Part shown: piece by piece, positions 1-11,890 of the stretch
How positions within the stretch are numbered: position 1 is the first letter of the stretch
Layout of the letters: the number at the start of each line of letters is the position of its first letter
Source of the DNA: Azolla caroliniana
Lineage: Eukaryota; Plantae; Polypodiophyta
Reading direction: 5' to 3'
Length of the DNA stretch: 64,000 nt
Assembly (NCBI GenBank): GCA_043228905.1
Contig: JBHGNT010000008.1
Span: 992,001-1,056,000, forward strand
Notes under the pieces: generated by a model
The model's input: the letters and a program-made list of their open reading frames with translations, nothing else
Database searches by the model: none
What the model was told of the DNA's origin: nothing
Program-made: the position numbers and the translations under genes

Positions 1-2066
1 CTTTCGGCCACACCGTTCTGTTGCGGTGTGTATCTGCAGCTGAATTCTCGCCGAATTCCTTTTTGTTGCAGGTAGCTGTTGAATTGGCCAGAAAAGTACT
101 CTTTTCCGCCATCCGACCGTAGGCATTTGATCTTCCTCTCCGATTCCCGTTCCACCGTCTTCTGGAGGCTTCGGAAACACTCGAAGACTTCGCTCTTCCG
201 CTCAATGAGGTGGATCCATGTATGCTGCGTGTATTCGTCGATGAAGGAGACGAAATATCGACTCCCGCCAATGCTAACATTTTGTGTCGGTCCCCACACA
301 TCCGAATGGATAAGATCGAGCTTGTTATGGCTTCGATTTTTTTTGGTGGGGAATGGAAGCCGGTGTTGCTTCCCGAGTTGGCAGGCTTCACAAATCTGGG
401 CTCTCCGGCCGCTAAACTTCGGCAAACCGAAAACGACTTGTTCCATTTGCAGGTCTTGAAGCCTCCGGTAGTTGACATGGCCGATCCGCTTGTGTCACAG
501 GTCGATATCCGGCTCGACCTTCTGTCCTTTGGCGAACAGTGCGGTGCCGACATCATTGTTGTTGAGGATAAACATCCTCCCATCTCTGCGCCCTTGCGCA
601 ATAACTTCGCCCTCATCCTCAATGAAGCACCCGAGGTGCGTAAACCGCACCCGGATCCCCTGGTCGACGATCTGTCCGACCGACACCAAGTTCTTCGTGA
701 TAGTCAGAACATGTAATACATTCATCAGCTTCCCCCTCTGTCTGACATGGCTCAAAGGGACTTCTCCGACGTGCACAATCGGGTGGGGAGTGTCGTCTCC
801 GGTTTTGACAACTCCCGACTGATCCAGCTTCTCCAAAAAGGAGAACCACTCCTCGTGGCTCATCATGTGGTTCAATGCGCCGGAGTCAACGTACCACACT
901 TCCTCCGATTTGGAAGTGGTATTCTTCATTGAGTTTGCCTTGTGCTTCATCACCAAGGTTGGTCCCTTACCGTTCTTGGATCCTCCTGATCCGTTTGCGT
1001 AGTGCGAGCTTTGCCGACCTTCCTTACCGGTCTTGCTGGATCCGGATTTGTCCGAATCGACACACTTTCTCTAGCACTCGCTTTCCTTGTGGCCCTTTTT
1101 GCCACAGTACCAGCATTCCGTAGCGGATTTGTCTTGCCAGCCTCCGGCACCACCTTGACTCCCCCTGCTTGTGGAAGTCTCGAAACTGCTGTCGGCACGC
1201 TCATTGTGCCTTCGTTCCTGCTCTTGCCGGCCGCCTCCATTGCGTGCCGACCTGCCTCATCCACCACGCCCGCGGGACCGATCCACTCCCGTGTACAACA
1301 TCCGGTTGTCTGGGGATGCATTGGTAGATGCACCGGCGTGGTTCTCCTCTACAAGGATCATTGACTGTAAGTCGAAAAATGAGGGCGTATTCTCCCTTGT
1401 ACAAACCGCAATCCGGAAAGCTCCGAACTTGGACGCCAGGCCTCCAAGACAGACACGCACCATCTCGTCTTCCTCTACGGTGACGTTAATAGAGGCAAGC
1501 GAGTCACAGATCACTTTGATCCGTTCTGTGTAATCTGCCACCGACATGTTCTTTTGTCGAACATTGCTCAACTCTTGTCTTAGTTGTAGCTTCCGAGCAG
1601 TGGTGCTTGCGGCGAAGAACTTTTTCAAGTTTCCCCAAGCATCCTTTGGTGTCTTGGCGTCATGGATATGGCTGAGCAGCTGGTCACCGACATTGGACGC
1701 GAAGCAGTACATCACCCTGCTTGCCGCCTGTTCCCACACCGGGAAGTCCTTGTGTGTTGTCTCTGGTGCTGAGTCGTTCACTCCATCAACATAACTCCAA
1801 TAGCCATGCCCAAGCAGGTACTGGTGCATCTTGTATTACCAAGATGTGTAGTTGGTTCTGTCGAGCTTCTCCACCGGGAGCGACGTAGCCATACCTTTGT
1901 CCATTTCTCCTTTTGTGTCTGTTTTCTGATTTGTTAGGGTTTCCTTCACAAGCGTAGATGTCTGCAACAGAGGTTCTCAACCCACACGCTCTGATACCAT
2001 GTTAAAGATTGCTTGTGGAAGCGTTAGAAAGAACAATACACAAAGAGAGAGAGAGAGAGAGTACGC

Positions 2067-2146
<80 letters not shown>

Positions 2147-2483
2147 AGGACACACTATTCTTCAAAATTATATGAATACTCTGTGTTCTGTATCTACAAC
2201 GCGCTCATTAGCGCTATTTATACAAGTCCACACGGGACTGTTAGAAGTACGGTGTACTTCAATGCTCACATGAGCATCTGACACTAACTACGAGACTATA
2301 ACTGCCTAGTAGTCTAACCTATACTAGGCTTTCGGTTACGGATTGGATCCGGCATACCGGCTCCCTAGCTCACCGGTCCTTACTGCTTACCGGCTCGGAT
2401 GCTCACCGGCATACCAATTCATCTCGCGTACCGGCTCAGGCTTATTCAGCCGATCCGGGTCCGGTTGAGCTTGCCGCTCAACA
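1..2483 (-). mobile_element. Ty1/Copia LTR retrotransposon, 5' part (5' LTR, PBS, gag, protease, GAG-pre-integrase, start of integrase); degenerate, runs off left edge
   Basis: LTR 2000-2483 (TG...CA) containing (GA)n; tRNA-iMet PBS revcomp GCTCTGATACCA at 1988-1999; ORFs 1257-1829 (copia gag) and 495-956 (protease WYVDSGA); same family as 46617-59705. Confidence 0.93.
2000..2483 (-). repeat. 5' LTR of left Copia element with internal (GA)n microsatellite (~2044-2145)
   Basis: TGTTAA...CTCAACA termini next to PBS; homologous to split LTR 9989-11890. Confidence 0.88.
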
Positions 2484-5400
2484 TAACCCAATCCTTGAAT
2501 GCAATAAAATACTCGGATAACGCCTTATATGAAGACGTTAGAGGATAATCCTCGGGCCCTTGTTGCTAAGTTATACATCCAAGTTGTTTCATCATAACTT
2601 CTTGGATCTTCATGTACACCTTACGACTATGAAATTAGAAAACGAGATTAGAACTTTCAATTGCACCATATTGAATTCAATATCACTATTTGAAATACTT
2701 ACTTATTGAACTCAGTAACCACTTCTTCAAGGCTTAAAACTTTCGCCACAACCCTTGACAAAACAGACACAATAAGCTGCTCGTCCTTAATACCTTGCAT
2801 CGCTCTCCACAGAGACAACTTCATGTTGCGAGGCGCTTCTTCAATTGTCAAATCAATTTTCTTGGCCACTTGTGACTTTAATTCTAGTTGAGGGTCTACC
2901 TTACATTTCTTTTGTCGTTGACCCTTGACCTCCTTATTCTCCCACATTGAGAAGATTTGATATTGTAGGTCCCATACTTCTCCATCTCTAAAGGCAAGTT
3001 GAAACCAGGACTCATATTTCTGAAGATCATCAGACTTAACATTATCATCCACCACAATGCCGACTTCATGCAACTATTGACGTCGTTGGCCTGGATGTAG
3101 CTTCGCACCGAACTTTTGTTTGACGTCTAAATACTCGTGGTGGAAGAACCTTATACGCTCAATCGATGACATTTTCTGCCTATAGTCATTATCATTATTG
3201 TGGTCCCATGCCAACAACTTTGCCTCTTCAGTTGTGAAGCCCACGTAATTTTTGCACTCGGCATACTTGAAGAAGAAAGTCGTTGGATGTTCTCTCACAA
3301 GTTGCCGGCGTGCCTCCGCCAAATGCGATCCACCAATTACAAAGTAATTGTATTGATCATGCTTTCTAATGTCGAAATCTTCAATGGTTTCACATTCTTC
3401 GGGATCTACTATAACAATAAAAGGCACAATGGTAGCATGTGGATTAATTTTCATTTTTTTCTTGAGATTTTGAACATGCATTTGGTGTGGCTCTTTGATC
3501 TCAAGTGGTTTTCGTCTTGTTTTTTCATCTATAGGGGGCCGATGGATGTGGGTTATAGGCATATTAAACACTTGCCCTTTTCTGACCAGTTTACGTTGCA
3601 TTAACTCGCTCCGTATGTTATTCTGCTCGGATGAGAACACACCCGATGCCAGCTCAGCTCCTAGCGTCCCCTTAGTGTCCTCATCTTTGTTTGAGCTTGA
3701 TGAGTCAGAGTCCGACATTTTAGTGGTCTTCTTTTTTGTTGGTCTTGATTGCACTTTAGATGCCCTTTTCGAGGCCTTCACTAGGGAGGGCAAGGGCTCC
3801 CTTAGAGTTACATGGCCTTGTATATAAGGCCTCAAGGTGACAATAATGTTTTTGGAGCTTTCTAGATCTTTTTTAAACGATTCTGGCCCACATGATTCCT
3901 TTACTAGTAGATCTTCAGAAAGGTACACTTTACATACCCCCTTAGAGCACTCAATCATTACAAGTATGTTGGCTGAATCTGAATCTTCGTAGTCAAATCT
4001 TAGAATACGGCCATACATAAATGCGGTTTCATTTTCAAGCTGAACGTCGCCCTTCTTCTTTGTTGTATACAACACGACTTTTTTCTTGGAGTCAACGTAT
4101 TGCATACAACATTCCTTGTCCGTTAGATCACGGTCAGGAAGGTCCTCACCACCAGTAGTTGCTAACATTTTCTTTTGGCTGACCTCATTGGATGGTTGAG
4201 ATTTTGTCTCCTCATTGAAGAGAAGTTTTTTTCCTCTCTTCAGGTTCTCAGGAACTATTAGGGTCTGGGTCTCAATTGGAGAGCCCTATATCTAAAGCTT
4301 TATCTTCTTCACAGGTCGGCCTGACAAGTTCTCAAACGACCTATTTAAGAAAGGACATGCGAAAACATAAGTTAGGTGGTCACGTAGATTAAGGTTATAT
4401 ATTAAAATATACATAATTAGACGAAGATTAAAACTAGCAGGCGATTTGTGGTAAACTATAAATATCAATCATGTATTGAGTGAACATGATAGTCCTTTAT
4501 TTGGAAATCCATTCTAGTAAGGGCTATTCAACTTTGAAATTTATATATTTTAATAAGTATACAAGGATATATATCATCTTGAAGGGTAGGTATGACTTAT
4601 ATTGATTCCATATCCTTATTGTAGAGAATTTGCATATGACAGACTTAAATTTGGTATCATAAAGGTAATTCGTGGGTTATTTCTATTATTTTAAGCTATA
4701 ATAGGTCATAAAACCTTTTTAAGTAAGGCCCCTAGTTGTTACAGAATATGGCAAATGTCACTAAAAAAGTCTGAATTTGACAGAAAGTTTGGTATCTTTT
4801 CACACATATACTAAATTGTTCCCCCAAAGACACAATAATCCTGTTTAAATTTTGTGTTTTATACAGTAACTCGATATGTCGTATACAGTTCCTGTATAAA
4901 GTTTGTGTTTATACAGGAACTCAATACAGGGTATCGAGTTACACATACTTTACACGTTCTTATGCAAAACATAAACTTTAAACAGGAACTCAATACGGCG
5001 TATCGAGTTCCTTTATAAAACACATACTTTACATAGGAACTCGATACGGCATATCGAGTTCTTGTATAAAACACAAACTTTTTACAAGAACTCGATATGC
5101 TGTATCGAGTCCCTGTATGAAACAAGAACTTTATACAAGAACTCGATACGCCATATCGAGTTCCTGTATAAAACACAGACTTTATACAGGAACTCGATAC
5201 GCCATATCGAGTTCCTCTATAAAACACGAACATAATACAGGAACTCGATACGACGTATCGAGTTCTTGTATGAAACAAGAACTTTATACAAGAACTCAAT
5301 ACGCCGTATCGAGTTCCTCTATAAAACACGAACATAATACAAGAACTTGATACGGCGTATCGAGTTCCTATTGAAAGCGCAAACTTTATACAAGACCTCG

Positions 5401-5656
5401 ATACGGCGTATCGAGTTCCTGTTTAAAACAAAAACTTTAAACAGGAACACGATACGCCATATCGAGTTCTTGTTGAAAATGCAAACTTTATACAGGAACT
5501 CGATACGGCGTACCGAGTTCCTGTTTAAATCAAAAACTTTAAAGAGGAACTCGATATGGCGTATTGAGTTCTTGAGTGCTAAAACATATTTACAAAAATG
5601 CCCAGAGTGTCAGACGATTACCTGGAGTCTTGGCGCTCGATTTTCTGTGAAGACAT
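2484..5656 (-). pseudogene. ParB-like/DNA-methyltransferase gene, copy A (exons 1-3 only; in-frame stops)
   Basis: ORFs 3074-4168 and 2699-3073 closely match 25190-26803; exon 1 (MSSQKIERQDS) and GT/AG sites conserved; premature TAGs (e.g. 3074-3076); Copia inserted at start of intron 3. Confidence 0.9.
4867..5571. repeat. Array of 14 palindromic 25-bp repeats (GAACTCGATAC-GSC-GTATCGAGTTC), 51-bp period
   Basis: Units start at 4867, 4917, 4986, 5037, 5088, 5139, 5190, 5241, 5292, 5343, 5394, 5445, 5496, 5547; lies in intron 1 of copy A gene. Confidence 0.95.
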
Positions 5657-6493
5657 GGTGGACGTTGTCGATGCTTAGGGGGAGATCTGAGTTTGGTGCT
5701 TCGTGCTCTGTGTGCTCTTGTGCTCTTGTGCTTTGTTCTGCGCGTGTGCTTCGTGTGATTGAAATATGAGGAGGTCTTCCTATTTATAGGGATTGACCAC
5801 AATCACTTTAACCAGGGTTGGCAACCTTAAGGTTAGTTAGTTAGTAACCACAACACTTTAACCAAAGTTACTTTATTTAGTACCTAATCTTGAGTGTACC
5901 AATCACTCTCTAATGGATTTGAAATAAATGATGCTTATGAATGCATCAATGATTAAATAGTTAAACTAACATAATAATGATTATTTTATAGTCAAACTAA
6001 CATACAATGACTTTGAAGGTCATGAAGGAAGCAATGATTGAATACTCAAAGCAACATTTTTATGACTCTTAATTGCTTTATAGTAAAGATGTGGTCATGA
6101 ATGAACCAATGATTGAAAAGTCTTATATTTAAAAGGTGGGCCTGAATGAACCAATGACTGAGAAGTTCTATATTAATTATGGGTGCCATTAATTAACCAA
6201 TGATTTTAACTTTAAACCAGCATATATGTGGCTTGGTAATGATTGTAATATATTATACTTGATTTAACTTTATACAGACTAGTTTAAGTAATTATTAATA
6301 TGTTGAATACAATTATTATATTAAAAATAATATCTTTATTTATTCTATTAATATAATATTAAATAATATAGACATTATATTGAGGGAGCTTCTGTTTAGA
6401 GAGGAGTTTATATTTAGAGAGGAGTATATGCTTATCAGTTTTTTATGTTAGCCTAAGCACATAACTTAAACAACTTTGTGTGGACCTTAAGCC

Positions 6494-7060
6494 ATGAGTG
6501 AAGACTCACCATTCTCGATTGAAGAATATTATTTGTCATCAGACTCTTCGTTTTCTACCGAAGAGTATTGTTTGTCAACAGACTCACCATTTTCTATCGA
6601 AGAATATTGTCTGTCGACAGACTCACCATTTTTCTATCGAAGAATATTGTCTGAGCTCATCTTCACCTACAACGCCTGTGAATAATGACACATGTGAAGA
6701 GTTCTCTATTGAAGAAGACGATATTAATAAATATACGGAGAATGAAGGTAGTGCCAATGAAACATCGAATATCATGGGCGATGGTCACAACAAAGAATTG
6801 GATAGTAACAAGGTTACACCAACTTCTATGTAGGAAGAGAAATCTGGAAGCCCTACGCATATTAGAAGAATCCCACAAAGAATTCGTCTGGCTAGATTTA
6901 ACTTGGTGACATCAGATAAGCAGATTGGATTTGATGTCAAAAAAATATGTTGTGCTCGTGGTTGTATGTCTATGATTGGAAAATCAAAGTTGCGAGAATT
7001 AAGGCGATACTATTTTTCGATGACTGGTGATGAGCAAGACACTTACCTTGGGTCACATAT
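6494..7060 (+). pseudogene. 5' fragment of Sola-like transposase, copy A
   Basis: MSEDSPFSIEEY... matches N-terminus of the 926-aa ORF; frameshift near 6630, TAG at 6831, truncated after ...DTYLGSH. Confidence 0.92.
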
Positions 7061-9988
7061 ACTCTTTGTGCATTAAGCTTCTCCATTAAACCTTCATCTT
7101 ATTCTCTGTTGCTATCCGGCTGAGCCGGTTCTGTCTAATGCTTCCACATGTTAACATTCACATGGTAGCAGAGCGCGAGGGTTGAGAACCTCTACAGCCG
7201 ACACTTGCTTTCGTAGACGAACCTTAGAACCTGGTAACAACAGACAGAGAGAAGATATGGAAAAAGGAATGATGAGTTCACTTCCAACAGAGAAGCTCGA
7301 CCGGAGCAACTATGGTGTTGTGAAGATCCATCACTACGCGCGGATCGTGAAGCGGAACCACCGGGGTTCTGGACCGGAAGGACTCGAAGTTTGCACTAGC
7401 TTTAGTGAGAAAGGAATTAAGATAGATTGAAAGAGAGAGAGCTTGAGATAAGATAAAACACTTGACTTTATATTGAGAGAGATTAAGATTGAACTCTTGA
7501 CTTTAGATTTGAAGAACAAGATTGATACATCAATTGGATAACGAATTTCTTACTTTTAATTTCTTGATTAATACATCGCCCTTTTTTTCTTTTTCATCCA
7601 CTCTTTATAGATGCCCCCATGCATATGATGCATGTGGGGTACAAGACATGCATAAAATGCATGATGCATGTTTGCCATTTGGCGCTCATGCGTTACATGT
7701 GACGCATGATAACCATGTCACTCATTTAAGCTCTCATATGAGAATTTTCAAGTAAAACTATAATGATAAAAATATAATTTTAAGGAAATGACTTGGCTTA
7801 GTGGTAAGTAAATTGCTTTCTATCTTGGAGGCGCAAGGTTCAAGTCTTGCTTATTGTTGGGAAATCGGTCTCTCCGGATGAGATCCGGTGATGAATAAAG
7901 AGAGCCCGGTGAGAATCGGAAGAGAAAACAGATTTGTAAATATATCTTAAATAAGCCCATTGAGGCTATATTTGTAAATAGCCCTAAGTTCATATAACTA
8001 TAAATATGACTTAGGGCAATCACTTTAGCGTAGTGAGTGTGATTGTGTTGTTGTCATATTGTGTGTAATTGTTGTACAGAGAGTGAGAGAGGGAGAGAGA
8101 GAGAGAGATACAGAGCGATACTCTATTGTAACCGCCACTGTGCGAAGAAACAGAGCTTGAGGTCGTTGCCTCCGAGTCTCTGATTGTACCCCTTCTCTTC
8201 ATAGTGATAGTTCGGAGTCTCTGGGCTCCTGTGGTTTTTCCCTATTAGGGTTTTCCACATAAACATCCTGTGTCATTTTCTTGTGTACTCTTCACTTCCC
8301 ATTTTCTGTGTTTGATTCTTATAGAAGTGATTTACTACTTGGTTGTGGCCGAACGATATTCTGTGTACTTCTCTTCACTTACATCCCTTTTAAACCACAA
8401 AATACTATTAATTAGGCTTTTGGACCAAATATCTTTAAAACACCATGCACCACGATCAACCGACTCAATCGATCCGTCCGATTTGGAAAATTTTCATCGC
8501 GAGTACCACAACCCGTAAGTTGCAGCTCTGACAAGAGCTGAACAACATTCGACAAAGAGATATGTTGGTTTTAGATTACACCACCAAACTAAAGGAGATT
8601 TGTGATGCGCTTGGGTCCATCAATGTGATGATGGACGAAGACGAGATGTTCCAAATCTGCCTCAGTGGTCTAGTGCAAAGGTATGGACCAATCCGGACAT
8701 CGATTTGCACCTGGTAGAAGCCACCAACTTTCTTCAACTTGCAATCGATGCTGATGATCAAAGAAAACCACGCGAGTGGGTCCAGGACCACTCAATCGGA
8801 CGACCGGATGCTATACACGGAGACTGATCGGCCCCATGGACGTGGTGGACGAGGTGGGTTGGCATGAAATGGAGGCGGCCGGCAAGAGCAGGACCGAAGG
8901 CACAGAGGTAGTGCCAATAGCAGCTATGGACCCTCCACAAGAAGGGGGAGTCAAAGTGACGCCGGAAGCCGACACAGAATGCTGGTACTATGGCAAAAAG
9001 GGCCACAGGGAAAGCGAGTGTTGGAAAAAGCACGCCGATTCAGACAAATCCGGATCCGACAAAACATGTCAGGAAAACCGAAAAAGCTCGCACTACACAG
9101 AAGGATTGAAAGGATCTAGAACCAAGAAGACTTGTAAAGGGCCAACCTTCGTGATGAAGCACAAGGCTAACTCGATGGGATGGATAAAATGGGGATGTGC
9201 AACATTGCACATGCACTTGGAAGATTTGTAAAAGAAACAAATGTAAAAAGGACGGGTAAATGTAAGGTGTTAAAAGTGCACTACGAAGATTCATAAAGTG
9301 TAAATGTGATGTGCACTTATGTGCATGCACATGCACATGTAGACTAAAGGGAGAGTACATGAAGTACATGTACATGTGTAGTGAGTAGTGGGCATAATGT
9401 GTGTGCGAGGAGAGGGAGTTAAAGCTCCATCAATCTCTCCTCCTAAGATCAAGGCCAAATATTCCCCGATTGAAAGAAGGGGGGTTTGACCTCTTCTTTA
9501 TGTAATGTGCCTCACCCCTTACTACTATAAAAGGGAGTGAGGGGCATTTTTGAGGGGCTTCCACTTTTTGAGTTTCTTTGGGTTGCCATTAGGGTTTCGG
9601 AATTTTGGGTTTTAGGATCTCGTTTTAGGGGTTTCATTTGTCTTCTTCTTCTTCTTCTTCTTTTCCCCTATCCGGTTAGGATTTCATTTAGAGGGTTTAC
9701 ATTCGGCCTACACGGCCACGATTGTAATTGGTGTGTTGCTTTCCATATGTATCTTGTCTTGTTTAGATCTTATTCTCTTGAATCTTAATCTCTTGCATCT
9801 TAATCTTTCTCTTCCTTCTCAGTTGAACTCCCAAGCTTCTCTCCCTCCTCTTACTCCCTAGTCCAAGACCTCGTGGTCCCGTCCTATCCGACACGCACGT
9901 GCGGATTTCCGCGACACCGGTTATTAGGGTTTGTCTTCGAAAGCGTCTGTCGGATGTAGATGTTCTCAACCCTCGCGCTCTTATACCA
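7061..9988. mobile_element. Patchwork of LTR-retrotransposon remnants
   Basis: Copia LTR end + PBS-like TGGTAGCAGAGC (7163) + gag start MSSLPTEKLDRSNY; LTR-like repeat from 7316; LTR homologous to revcomp of 41990-42499 from ~7855; copia gag zinc-knuckle fragment 8575-9170; Gypsy-type LTR end ...TTTCCGCGACA (~9917); minus-strand copia leader with PBS 9977-9988. Confidence 0.75.
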
Positions 9989-10087
9989 TGTCAAAGTAAA
10001 CGTGCGGAAGCGTTTGACAAACCAGCTGAGCTGGATAGCAGCATAAGATGAAAGGAAAAGTCAACACACACATAGAGTACGCGTACG

Positions 10088-10127
<40 letters not shown>

Positions 10128-11890
10128 AGAATTAGAATTAGAATTAGAATTAGAATTAGAATTAGAATTAGAATTTTTATCGTCCATAAAGAGGCCAATT
10201 TTGACCTATCGGACCAGAGTATACATGTGTTCTTGATATATGTCTCCTTCCCAAGAAGTGGTATTCATATTTTGAAGCACAAAGTCTCTATGTGTTAATA
10301 AAGCATACACATATGAGCTCAACCTTCTAGGTGGTGTCTTAAGTATGGATCTTAAGTTATCACTCCCTCTTAGTATGTCAACATATCTTGAACGAATTGC
10401 ACTATATGTCGAGCATGTGAAGAGCAAGTGACATTCATCCTCTACCATGCCTTCATTGCATACTTTACATGTCTTCAAATTTGTTACATTTTGATACCAT
10501 GATGCAACTTCAATACCTAACTTGTGAGATTGAGTGCGAAGTAGTGTAAGGGCTCTACGAGCATTGCTATTGATATTGGTAATGAGATAAGGTTGGATAC
10601 GATCAATAGACATTCTTGCATTATATTGAGACCAACATTCAGGGTTGACATTTGCAATGTAGTATTCTAGCTTTGTCCTCTTAGCATCCTCCCACTTCAT
10701 CCTTAATGATTCCACCAACCTTTCCTCAATCATTACATATTGCATAGTATTGCCTGAAAGCTCTAAAAGATCATCCACACCCCATGTTCTAAACCATTTC
10801 TTTATGTCAACAACCCAACCAGATGAGAGAATCTTACTTTTATGATTCTTTTGTAGCTTACATCCAACATTCCAAGAAAGATGTGGTAATCGATGATTTG
10901 GCATATTCTTGATTTTTGTAATGTATTTATATACTCTTTGGAGTGCCAATAGTTCTATGGGTCGAACACCCGTTTCCAAGAGTATAACCTGGTAAGAGGT
11001 AGTGCATTTAACTCCTAATTGCCTCCTTAAAAACATCTTTTGAATTTTCTCAATCTCGTTCCATGCATTAAGAGAGATGGTGCCACCCCATACTTCTACC
11101 CCATAAAGCAATACTTGAGTTACCATGGCATTGAACAATATTAATTTTACTTCCCATCCACAAGTGCCACTTTGGTTGCATTGGTTCTCCAAAAGGTAAT
11201 ATGATTTCCAACCAACTTGGAGTCTTGAATCAAAGCATGCACTCCATTATTTGTGCCAGGTACATCAATACCAAAATATTTAAAGCTTTTAATAACTTGT
11301 ATATGTTCACCTTTATATGTGAGCATAGGGTAATGATGAGGTTGGATCGTTTGCACTACCATCATTTTTGTTTTCTTCACATTCACTGCTAGTCCACTAC
11401 TATGGCAAAATTCTTCTAATACCCCAAGTAAATGTTGCATACTATCAACATCATATGAGAAGAGTACCACATCATCTGCATATAGAAGCAATAAGATAAC
11501 ATGTTGCATCAAGAGAGAGAGAGAGAGAACATAAAACTCTATTCAAAATAATACTCTCAATATTCTGTGTACATGGAATGTGCTCAGAGAGAACTTTTAT
11601 ACAAGTCCATAAAGGATTGACAGAAGTACTGACAGGTACTTCAATGCTCATACAAGCGACTGTCACTAACTCCCAAAAATATGCCTACGTACTAGGTTGG
11701 ATCAGTAGGCCTCTAACAGCCTACCGGTTTCAATCCGATCCGGCTCCTGGTTCCGGATATCATCTAGACACCGATCTGATTCTCCAATCCGGATACCGAT
11801 CCGGCTCTTGGTTCCAGATATCATCCAGACACTGATCCGGCTCTGGCTTATTCAGCCGATCCGGATCCGGTTGAGCTTGCTCACTCAACA
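9989..11890 (-). repeat. Copia LTR split by a LINE inserted in its (GA)n tract
   Basis: TGTCAA at 9989 next to PBS; (GA)n at 10091-10122 and 11512-11528; remainder matches LTR 2000-2483 and ends CTCAACA at 11890. Confidence 0.85.
10123..11510 (-). mobile_element. 5'-truncated non-LTR retrotransposon (RTE/RTEX/CR1-like LINE) with (TTCTAA)8 3' tail
   Basis: ORF 11147-11512 with LLYADD RT motif; ORF 10206-11192 with C-terminal CxxC...EDExH...C motif; GAATTA x8 at 10123-10170. Confidence 0.88.

Larger units (their letters stand above)
2484..7060. mobile_element. Degraded internal part of a second copy (copy A) of the Sola-like ParB-MTase transposon, inverted relative to 20462-29430
   Basis: Collinear homology to ~23040-27019: MTase-gene exons 1-3, palindrome array, divergent promoter, transposase 5' end; cut by a Copia LTR at 2483 and an LTR fragment at ~7060. 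Confidence 0.92.

Noticed and set aside
4867-5571. CRISPR array (palindromic repeats with regular spacers; also 24509-24738)
   Set aside because: The 26-bp spacers resemble each other rather than being unique, there are no cas genes, and the array lies in a spliceosomal intron
4859-5802. Repetitive ORFs (158, 140, 77 aa) over the palindrome array
   Set aside because: By-products of the 51-bp period (a multiple of 3); not conserved as ORFs in the intact copy
7790-7850. Functional tRNA gene (also ~17515-17575)
   Set aside because: Only A/B boxes are recognisable; no convincing acceptor or anticodon stems
10123-10175. Interstitial telomere repeat
   Set aside because: Unit is TTAGAA, not TTTAGGG/TTAGGG, and it sits exactly at a LINE 3' end
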